Shown: in pieces, positions 23,958-33,462 of the stretch
Position numbering within the stretch: position 1 is the first letter of the stretch
Layout: every line of letters starts with the position of its first letter
Assembly (NCBI RefSeq): GCF_046119375.1
Contig: NW_027362767.1
Coordinates: 333,064,001-333,128,000 of the forward strand
Length of the DNA: 64,000 nt
Source of the DNA: Phyllobates terribilis
Lineage: Eukaryota
Direction of reading: 5' to 3'
Position numbers and translations under genes: made by a program
Notes under the pieces: generated by a model
The model's input: the letters and a program-made list of their open reading frames with translations, nothing else
Databases searched by the model: none
Told to the model about the DNA's origin: nothing

Positions 23958-25545
23958 TAGTTGTGATCAAAAGTTTACATACCCCAGGCAGAAATTTTCC
24001 TTTCTTGGCCTTGTTTCAGAGAATAAGAATGATAACAAAAAAACTTTTTCTCCACTCAAGGTTATTGGTTGGTTGAAGCCATTTATTGTCAAACTACTGT
24101 GTTTTCTCTTTTTAAATCTTAATGACAACCAAAAACATCCAAATGACCCTGATCAAAAGTTCACATACCCCAGTTCTTAATACCGTGTATTGCCCCCTCT
24201 AACATCAATGACAGCTTTAAGTCTTTTGTGGTAGTTGTGGATGAGCTTCTTTATTTTCTGAGATGGTAAAGCTGCCCATTCTTCTTGGCAAACAGCCTCC
24301 AGTTTCTGTAAATTCCTGGGCTGTCTAGCATGAACTGCACGCTTGAGATCTCCCCAGAGTGGCTCAATGATACTGAGGTCAGGAGACTGAGATGGCCACT
24401 CCAGAAACTTCACTTTGTTTTGCTGTAGCCAATAACAGGTCAACTTGGCCTTGTGTTTTGGATCGTTGTCATGTTGGAACGTCCAAGTACGTCCCATGCG
24501 CAGCTTCCGGGCTGATGAGTGCAAATTTGCCTCCAGTATTTGCTGCTAACGTGCTGCATTTATCTTTCTTTCAACTTTTACTTTTTCTGTGCTTTTGTAG
24601 CTCACACATCCCCAAAACATCAGCGATCCACCTCTGTGCTTTACTGTAGGAATGGTGTTCCTTTCATCATAGGCCTTGTTGACCTCTCCCCAAATGTAAC
24701 GTTTATGGTTGTGGCCAAAAAGTTAAATTTTGGTCCGATCACTCCAAATTACCTTGTTCCAGAAGTTTTGAAGATTGTCTCTGTGCTATTTGGCCTATTG
24801 TAGGCGAGATACTTTGTGGCATTTGCGCAGTAATGGCTTTCTTCTGGCGACTCGACCATGCAGTCCATTTTTCTTCAAGTGCCTCCTTATTGTACATCTT
24901 GAAACAGACACACCGCTAGTTTTCAGAGAGTCCTGAATTTCAGCTGATGTTATTTGTGTGTTTGTCTTTGCATCCTGAACAATTTTCCTGGCAGTTGTGG
25001 CCGAAATTTTTGTTGGTCTACCTGACCGTGGTTTTGTTTTTACAGAACCCCTGATTTTCCATTTGTTAATCACAGTTTGAACGCTGATGGCTGGCATTAT
25101 CAATTCCTTGGATATTTTTTTGTATCCCTTTCCTGTGTTATACAGTTCAACTACCATTTCCCGTAGATCCATTCACAATTCTTTTGCTTTCCCCATGACT
25201 CACAATCCAGAAACATCAGTGGCTGGGTGAAAGATGCAAGAGTTCCTCTGGATCCCAGAAACTCACTCAGCTTTTATGCACACACACTGATTACAAGCAA
25301 ACAGGTCACAGGTGAGGATGTTACCTTTAGTAGCCATTCAAGCCCATTTGTGTCAAATTCTGAACATGTTATCAGGCCAAAATCACCAGGGTATGTGAAC
25401 TTTTGATCCGGGTCATTTGGATGTGTTTGGTTGTCATTAAGATTTAAAAAGAGAAACCACAGTAGTTTGACAATAAATGGCTTCACCCAACCAATAACCG
25501 TGGAGAAAAAGTTTTTTTGTTATCATTCATATTCTCAGAATTTAG
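23958..25545 (-). mobile_element. Decayed Tc1 transposon (IR/DR type), one outer end lost
   Basis: TIR AGTTGTGATCAAAAGTTTACATACCCC, with inner DRs at 24150 and 25390. Broken transposase on the minus strand (MDLREMVVELYNTGKGYKKIS...; FQHDNDPKH...SPDLSIIE). Confidence 0.88.
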
Positions 25546-27489
25546 CTAAAAATCATTTTTATTAATTGAGTTTCATGAAAAACATTGCCCTTTTTTATCT
25601 TCTCTAGCCTCTGTGTTGTACTGTCTATTGCAAGCTGCAGAATGAGGTACCTGAGAATCCACCAGTGAGCTCATTCTGACAGTCTAGTGGGAGAGTTTCT
25701 AATTCTTTAATTCTTTTTAAAGCTGATTTATGTCCCTAGACCACATCACGGTTAAATGTGCAGAGAAACAAAAAGCCAATCAAAGGAAAACAGTGCAACG
25801 TTTTTAATGAAACTGTAAAGATGATTTTTAGCCAAGATACATAAGTATAAGTTACAAGTAAAATTGTCCCCAGAGGTCGACATTGCTCTTTAATTACTTA
25901 AACTTTACTATACGGCACATTAAAATACAAAAAAGGATGAATAATATGTTTAGTTATCAAAGTTCCGCAATAAGGGTCCAATAAGAAAAGATCAATTCAT
26001 TTGTATTTAGAAATATCGTATTCACCGCAGAAGCATCCATGCTAATAAATATATATTTTTTTATAATTTAGCTCTACATGTTAAATTGTATTTTTATGCT
26101 TGGAAGGGATAGCCAATGCTTGCCAATTACAAGATAAATTAATGTTGTAGTTCAATATTAGACAGCAATAATTATTGTTCCCGTATCATTTAAAGTGAGA
26201 CCATTAACATCTGCATAAGGTCCATTAATTGTATCAGGCAGTCTATTATCTCATCTGTCCGGATAGTCATATGTTCCAATGAATAATGTGTAAAGTTAAA
26301 AAAACTTCTGACCTACGAACAACTAAATTACATGCTCACGGCACCTCATCGGAGATTATTTATTAAAAGCTGTCTCCGTTATCAATTTATCTGTTCTATG
26401 ACATTTATGAGAATTGTTTTTACTGTTTTAAGGACTTCATGTCCAACCACTGAAATATAATGTGCCTTAGTATTTAAAGAAATGACAATTACGCCTGTAG
26501 TCCATTAGATGCCAGGAACTCTGCTTTTTGACATGCCAACATGTATCCTATGACAATACCTACTAATTGTAGGGAGCAATGTTAGTTGTCCAGGCATAGC
26601 TACATAAAAAGGAAAATTTGACTTTCTATTTGAGGTCTTCTTCTACACTAGTGTGACATGCAGAAGGAAGTGTCCTGCTTCAGAAGCATCCAGCAACTAG
26701 AGGGATTAACACAGTCACAGGAGACAGGGAGTGGTTAGCAGAGCCTCAGGAGGATTGTGGGGGAGTTGTTTACTATTCTGGTTGCAGCCAAAGAGAGTCG
26801 TGTGTGTGTGATCTGTTCCTGACAGAAGCACAGGCAAGTGAACAAAATTTAAGTCAAGGGTGAAGCTAGGCAAAGGTCACCTACCCTGCATTGCTAGTTC
26901 AGGAAGTCTGTCATCAGGCAGGAAGATAAGGACTGGAAGGAATTGTGTTACAGGGATCATCTCCCTCATCAAACCCTCCCTCCTCCATATCCATGCAGCA
27001 TAAAGAATGCTGTGTACTATTGTGCCTTTGTGAAGGAAAAAACTGTTGTTGTGGGTGCATAGAAGCAGGGCCGGCATCAGCACCCGGGCAAATGCCGGGG
27101 CCCTGAGCAGGCAGAGGGGCCCACTGGCGGTCGCGCACCCGGCTGGGCTATGGGCGGAGGAGAGCGGTGTCAGCGCCCGCCCTTCTCCGCCGCTTGCTCA
27201 GGGCCCCGGCAGCAGGATACTTACCTCTCCCCGTGCCTCCGCAGATCAGCTGTCTTCCTGCTCTGCGCTCCCTGTGACGTCTCAGGTCAGAGGGCGCGGT
27301 GACGTCTTTACACCGCGCCCTCCCCTGAGCCGTCACAGGGAGCGCTGAGCAGGAAGAAGCCGACAATGCTGGAGTTCGGACCCGAGCAGCGGGCAGCAGG
27401 TAGCAGGTGAGGAGAAGGGAGGTGAGTATTTGATTTTTTTTTTTAATGCATGGAGGCATGGGGCAGTATAAAGAGAAGGGGGGGGGCAT

Positions 27490-28460
27490 CCTGCATGGGG
27501 CATTATAAAGAGAGGGGGGGGACATCCTGCATGGGGCATTATAAATAGGGGGGGTGACATCCTGCATGGGGCATTATAAGGTGGGGAACAGCCTGCATGG
27601 GGCATTATGAAGGGGGGGGCAGCCTGCATAGTGCATTATGTGGGGGGGAACAGCCTGCATGGAGCATTATAAGGGGGGGCAGCCTGTATGGGGCATTATG
27701 TGGGGGGGAACAGCCTGCATGGAGCATTATAAGGGGGGGCAGCCTGTATGGGGCATTATGTGGGGGGTAACAGCCTGCATGGAGCATTAAAAGGGGGGTC
27801 CTGTATGGGGCATTATGTGGGGGGTAACAGCCTGCATGGAGCATTATATGGGGGCCAGTATCCTGTATGGAGCATTATAAGGGGACCGGTATCCTGTATG
27901 GAGCGTTATATGGGGGCCAGTATCCTGTATGGAGTTTTATAAGGGGACCAGTATCCTGTATGGAGAGTTATATGGGGGCCAGTATTCTGTATGGAGCTTT
28001 ATAAGGGGACCAGTATCCTGTATGGAGAGTTATATGGGGGCCAGTATTCTGTATGGAGCCTTATATGGGGGCCAGTATTCCGTATGGAGCCTTATATGGG
28101 GGCCAGTATTTCGTATGGGGCCTTATATGGGGGCCAGTATTCCGTATGGAGCCTTATATGGGGGCCAGTATTCTGTGTGGAGCCTTATATGGGGGCCAGT
28201 ATTCCGTATGGTGCCTTATATGGGGGCCAGTATTCCGTATGGGGCCTTATATGGGGGCCAGTATTCGGTATGGAGCGTTATATGGGGGCCAGTATTCCGT
28301 ATGGAGCCTTATATGGGGGCCAGTATTCCGTATGGAGCCTTATATGGGGGCCAGTATTCCGTATGGAGCCTTATATGGGGGCCAGTATTCCATATGGAGC
28401 CTTATATGGGGGCCAGTATTCTGTATGGAGCCTTATATGGGGGCCAGTATTCTGTGTGGA
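27490..28460. repeat. Compound G-rich minisatellite (about 30-bp CTGCATGGGGCATTAT.. units grading into 31-bp CAGTATTCCGTATGGAGCCTTATATGGGGGC units)
   Basis: Period 31 measured at 28321, 28352, 28383 and 28414. Confidence 0.92.
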
Positions 28461-28545
28461 GCGATTCACCGGTTTCTGAGCTATTGTGGAATTTACAATA
28501 GATATCGCTCATGTAATGTAAGAAGTGAAATCTTTGCATTGTACT

Positions 28546-28576
<31 letters not shown>

Positions 28577-28578
28577 AA

Positions 28579-29790
28579 TGTAGCACCCTGAGGATTCGGC
28601 TGCTACAGGGGTATTGCACCTCAACCCAGAGGTGTGATATTCCACTCCCGGGTAAGGATGGAGTGTGGAACTGAGCTCGGTAGGCTGCATGCACTACACA
28701 CATCCCATTTCCGGGGAACAGGCCGACGGTACTCCCACTTAGAAATGTGCAGGTACGACCGAGTCTGTTCCTGGCTGGAGTGGGAGGGGGGTGGTACATC
28801 CCAAGTAGTGTAGGGGCAGATAGGGGGAGCAGCCTGGGTAAAGATAGGAGCTCATTGGGTGCTGGTCACCTGAGCTCACACATAGAGGGTGTATATAAGG
28901 TGGGCACCATCAAAGAACAGGGTCAGTCAGCCACAGTCAGTCAGGCTGTGAGTCTTTGCAGAGAGAAGTCAGAGGAGCAGAGCAGCCCCAGAGAGAGAGA
29001 GAGGAGAAGAGAGAGAGAGACCCAGAGGGGGAAACTGAAGAAAAGGACTCCAAGAACCTAACTTAAATCCCCGGGTGAAGAGTCGGCACAGGGTACCGGA
29101 ACCCAAGCTGGTGGGGGCAAAAACACTCCCCAGCCAGAGACCGGAGACCGTGGGCAGCGTTTGCCACGGTCACCCACCACATCCACCACGAAGGCATACC
29201 ACGAGGAGGGTCAGGGAACCCAAGGCCAAGGGTCTCCCAACAGAAGGCCCGAGGGAGCTGGACCTGGGTGGATCAATAGTGGGGACGGCCAGAGAAAGGA
29301 CAGAAGGAGAGCTCAGGGTCACGCTCCGGACTTGCTTGGGGGTTGGCTGGATCCAGGACCTGGTGGATGCAGCACGGCTCGGGAGGTCACTTGAAGCTGG
29401 AGTGACCGGAACATCAGCAGTGAGTAAATACCCTTAACTGCATAACCCGACTCTGTCTTCATTACCATCTATGCTGCACCACCACAACCCCCATCCTCTG
29501 CACCTGACCCCCTGAGGCTATACCCCACCCGTTGGGGGTTATATCATCACAAGCTGCACCTACACCATCAGCCTCAGCGGACCCTGCTGCAGCGGCGGCC
29601 ATAGTGACCGCAATACAACGGGTGACGTAGTCGACAAAAAGAACTTAGTAACATCAGTAAGGACTGCCACATACAACTGAGTTTGACACCCTGGGCACGG
29701 ACCGGGTCACAGCCACTCGGAAGACTACAACTCCCATCTGATCCGGCTCCGGATATTCCCCCTAAAGAATATGGCCCAGGGGGCGCGTCA
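28579..29790 (+). repeat. 5' LTR (TATA box GTATATAAGG at about 28891; AGTAAA poly(A)-like signal at about 29425)
   Basis: Direct repeat offset by exactly 3,672 bp from 32251-33462. Confidence 0.95.
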
Positions 29791-31840
29791 ACTTTGGCGT
29801 AGTCGGCAGGATTACGTGCCCGCAACACCCGGGTACTGCGTGCCTGAAGGAAAGTGCAAGTTTACCTCAAGAAGAAGTCTCCTGCCGGTTCCGGAGGGTC
29901 CCCGCCATCGGACCCCATCACCAGTCGATTCCAGCCGGTTGTCCGCCATTAACAACTTTTTCCCGCCATCTGCAGAGTTTCCCGCCACTGGGAAGCGATT
30001 CCCGCCATTTCCAAAGGTTTCCCGCCTTGGAAGAGCGGACGCCATTATGGGCGTGCCAGAGGGTGGCGAGAGGCCGCCTCCCATCGTGGGCCAGGACCGA
30101 AAATGGCGCCAAAAGTGGAAACCGCCCCCACCAACAGAGACTGTGATGCTAGAGGTGTCTGTCAGCGTGAAAGAACCGCCCCTGGAGCTGACAGTCACCC
30201 AGTGGCCCCGGGACCGCCCTCGAAGTGGGAGGAGACGAAAGAAAAGAACGAAGATGGGTGCCGCCTGGAGCAGTCTAGAGCGAGCGCACCCGGAGGCAAG
30301 AAGCCTGGAGAAGAGTAGCAGAGAAGCTCACCCGGAGATGGCGAGAGAGCAGAGCAGCACCGGCCCGCTGGCCAGGAGCCTGCTGGAAGAAGAGCAGAGC
30401 AGCACCGACCCGTTGGTCAGGAGCCTGCTGGAAACCACGACCCCACTAGGCCTAGTGGAGGTCCTTGCACAGCTCCCCCGAGACCGGGAGTGTGCACAGA
30501 CTGCCCTGGAGGGCCTCGCACGGAGGATGGCCCGGGTACAGCGAGAGACATTGGCGGAGTGGAGCCGAGAGATGGCCCAGCAAACCAAGACCCGGAGCAC
30601 GCCAGCCAAGATGAGGAGACAGACCGCCTCTGAGGATGGCGCGGGAGGACCCAAGGCCGGAGACGGCGCCGAGAAGGGAGCCGAACGCATGGAGGCAGGT
30701 AAAGGGGACGTCTATACCCCAAACAAGGACACCGCTTGCCTGCCCCAGCTCCCCGTCGCAGAGCCCGAAAGTCCCCCTGCTGTGCCCGAAAACGCCATGT
30801 CACCGACGCAGACTAGGCCCCAACCGGAAGCCGCCGCCGCGACCCCTGTGACGTCACACGCACCGACCCCGAGCGTGACCAAGCAGGAAGTACCACCAGC
30901 CTGGTCGCAGGGCCTAGAATTCCCGGGCGTCGCATCACCAACAGCGCCCCCTACCTCCGCGGAGCCTCCGGCCTGGCCGCAAGGCCAGGTAGCCCAGGGC
31001 GCCGCCGTCCTAACGGTGCCCTTCACCTTCCAGGTGCCCCAGGCCTGGCCGCAAGGCCTGGGCAACCCGGGCGCCACCACCACCGCGCCCGCACCCGTAA
31101 AACCAAGGGTGCCGCGTCTGGGAGAGGACTTGTTTGCCCAGCACACGTGGCCGGACGGGCAGCCTTTCATCTGGCCCCAGGAATATTATGGACTGGAGCG
31201 CCAGAGGAGGGTTGGGGCCATGTGTGCACCCCTGATTCCGGCTCCGAAGCCCGTGATAAGGATCTCGCCCCCGCTTGGAGAGACCCAATTTGAGTGGGAC
31301 CCCACCGGAGAAGACCTAATGGGGTTCACTCAGGAAACCAGGGCAGCTGCAGCAGAGCGTGCTGAGTGTTGCCGACAGCAGCTCGAGGAGTTTGCGAGGG
31401 AGCGGAGAGAGAGGCGGGTCCGGGAACAACAGGCCCAAATAAGGAGCGCCGAGCAGAAGAGCCGAACCAGGAGGGACCCCCGTGCAGCGCACAGTCCCCG
31501 CACCACCGGGACTGTAGTAAAGTTTAACCTGCAGCACGGGTGGGGCTTCAACAGAGACAACAACACCCCCGGCGACGTCTTTGTCACGCGCAGAGATGTG
31601 GAGTCCCATCTGCCGGAGGGGCACAGAGGTCGTGACCTTTACATCGGGGACGAGGTCACCTTTACCCGGCACAAGTGTGCCAAAGGACCTTACGCCCTCC
31701 ATGTGCATCGCCTGACAGAAGAGGAGCTGCGATGTGAGGAGGAAGAGCAAGAGGATACGGACGGGTCTGAAGCTGAGATCCCCAAAGAAGGAGCAGGAGG
31801 AAGACGTTGTTGGGTACAGCGGAGCAGGTGCTGTAAATAG
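29771..31840 (+). CDS. 689-aa retroelement-encoded protein: low-complexity Pro/Ala-rich and coiled-coil regions plus a C-terminal Y-box-like cold-shock domain (aa 578-647); true start codon uncertain
   Basis: Stop-free over 2,067 nt. TGTVVKFNLQHGWGF...GDVFVTRRDV...LYIGDEVTF...KGPYALHV aligns with the YBX1 CSD GTVKWFNVRNGYGFI...EDVFVHQTAI...VGDGETVEF...KGAEAANV. Confidence 0.8.
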   Translation: MAQGARQLWRSRQDYVPATPGYCVPEGKCKFTSRRSLLPVPEGPRHRTPSPVDSSRLSAINNFFPPSAEFPATGKRFPPFPKVSRLGRADAIMGVPEGGERPPPIVGQDRKWRQKWKPPPPTETVMLEVSVSVKEPPLELTVTQWPRDRPRSGRRRKKRTKMGAAWSSLERAHPEARSLEKSSREAHPEMAREQSSTGPLARSLLEEEQSSTDPLVRSLLETTTPLGLVEVLAQLPRDRECAQTALEGLARRMARVQRETLAEWSREMAQQTKTRSTPAKMRRQTASEDGAGGPKAGDGAEKGAERMEAGKGDVYTPNKDTACLPQLPVAEPESPPAVPENAMSPTQTRPQPEAAAATPVTSHAPTPSVTKQEVPPAWSQGLEFPGVASPTAPPTSAEPPAWPQGQVAQGAAVLTVPFTFQVPQAWPQGLGNPGATTTAPAPVKPRVPRLGEDLFAQHTWPDGQPFIWPQEYYGLERQRRVGAMCAPLIPAPKPVIRISPPLGETQFEWDPTGEDLMGFTQETRAAAAERAECCRQQLEEFARERRERRVREQQAQIRSAEQKSRTRRDPRAAHSPRTTGTVVKFNLQHGWGFNRDNNTPGDVFVTRRDVESHLPEGHRGRDLYIGDEVTFTRHKCAKGPYALHVHRLTEEELRCEEEEQEDTDGSEAEIPKEGAGGRRCWVQRSRCCK
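29795..29813 (+). promoter_or_regulatory. Primer-binding site complementary to tRNA-Ser (AGA/CGA/TGA isoacceptor family)
   Basis: TGGCGTAGTCGGCAGGATT is the reverse complement of the vertebrate tRNA-Ser 3' end AATCCTGCCGACTACG-CCA (19/19). Confidence 0.93.
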
Positions 31841-32241
31841 TTACCCGATCGGGGTATAAAGAAACTGTTACTGCAAATATAGTCCCCGTTGGGACCAGCT
31901 GAGTGAACTGTTTACCCGTTTACCCTTAATCCCACAGGCTGAGGACTGTGAGCAGCCATTCCCTTTCCCTCCTTAACTGGCCGAGGACTGAGAGCGGCCA
32001 TACCCCTGTATATAGTTGCGCGTCCTAAAGCGCCCCCTACCGGTTTTATAGGAAAACCATGTTTTTCTAGAAAGACTGTCGCACTTTGCCCGGTCAACAG
32101 TTGCACAGTGACCGGAGGAGGAGCCAGAGGCGACGAGAAAGTTTTATATATATAATGTTTTATATATTTTATATGTTTATGAAAAATTTTGTATGTTTTT
32201 GGTGTTATGTCTTACAGCCCGAGGACGTGCTGTGATTTACC

Positions 32242-32250
32242 AGGGGGGAA
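32242..32250 (+). promoter_or_regulatory. Polypurine tract
   Basis: AGGGGGGAA immediately before the TG of the 3' LTR. Confidence 0.88.
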
Positions 32251-33462
32251 TGTAGCACCCTGAGGATTCGGCTGCTACAGGGGTATTGCACCTCAACCCA
32301 GAGGTGTGATATTCCACTCCCGGGTAAGGATGGAGTGTGGAACTGAGCTCGGTAGGCTGCATGCACTACACACATCCCATTTCCGGGGAACAGGCCGACG
32401 GTACTCCCACTTAGAAATGTGCAGGTACGACCGAGTCTGTTCCTGGCTGGAGTGGGAGGGGGGTGGTACATCCCAAGTAGTGTAGGGGCAGATAGGGGGA
32501 GCAGCCTGGGTAAAGATAGGAGCTCATTGGGTGCTGGTCACCTGAGCTCACACATAGAGGGTGTATATAAGGTGGGCACCATCAAAGAACAGGGTCAGTC
32601 AGCCACAGTCAGTCAGGCTGTGAGTCTTTGCAGAGAGAAGTCAGAGGAGCAGAGCAGCCCCAGAGAGAGAGAGAGGAGAAGAGAGAGAGAGACCCAGAGG
32701 GGGAAACTGAAGAAAAGGACTCCAAGAACCTAACTTAAATCCCCGGGTGAAGAGTCGGCACAGGGTACCGGAACCCAAGCTGGTGGGGGCAAAAACACTC
32801 CCCAGCCAGAGACCGGAGACCGTGGGCAGCGTTTGCCACGGTCACCCACCACATCCACCACGAAGGCATACCACGAGGAGGGTCAGGGAACCCAAGGCCA
32901 AGGGTCTCCCAACAGAAGGCCCGAGGGAGCTGGACCTGGGTGGATCAATAGTGGGGACGGCCAGAGAAAGGACAGAAGGAGAGCTCAGGGTCACGCTCCG
33001 GACTTGCTTGGGGGTTGGCTGGATCCAGGACCTGGTGGATGCAGCACGGCTCGGGAGGTCACTTGAAGCTGGAGTGACCGGAACATCAGCAGTGAGTAAA
33101 TACCCTTAACTGCATAACCCGACTCTGTCTTCATTACCATCTATGCTGCACCACCACAACCCCCATCCTCTGCACCTGACCCCCTGAGGCTATACCCCAC
33201 CCGTTGGGGGTTATATCATCACAAGCTGCACCTACACCATCAGCCTCAGCGGACCCTGCTGCAGCGGCGGCCATAGTGACCGCAATACAACGGGTGGCGT
33301 AGTCGACAAAAAGAACTTAGTAACATCAGTAAGGACTGCCACATACAACTGAGTTTGACACCCTGGGCACGGACCGGGTCACAGCCACTCGGAAGACTAC
33401 AACTCCCATCTGATCCGGCTCCGGATATTCCCCCTAAAGAATATGGCCCAGGGGGCGCGTCA
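32251..33462 (+). repeat. 3' LTR of the CSD element
   Basis: Direct repeat of 28579-29790. Confidence 0.95.

Larger units (their letters stand above)
28579..33462 (+). mobile_element. Non-autonomous LTR retroelement (4,884 bp) carrying a single ORF with a cold-shock domain; no gag or pol recognisable
   Basis: LTRs 28579-29790 and 32251-33462 are both 1,212 bp (TGTAGC...GCGTCA) with one difference seen. tRNA-Ser PBS at 29795; PPT AGGGGGGAA just before 32251. Inserted in a (TA)n tract. Confidence 0.93.

Noticed and set aside
27148-28577. Repetitive ORFs (MEPYMGASIPYGALYGGQYSVW.., MLHAGC..)
   Set aside because: Translations of the 30/31-bp minisatellite; the unit is not a multiple of 3, so the same peptide appears in all frames.
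28509-29437. ORFs of 77-120 aa duplicated at 32205-33109
   Set aside because: They lie inside the two LTR copies, so the duplication is explained by LTR identity; no recognisable domain.
29812-31750. Several antisense and alternative-frame ORFs overlapping the CSD ORF
   Set aside because: Shadow ORFs of a GC-rich coding strand with no motifs.
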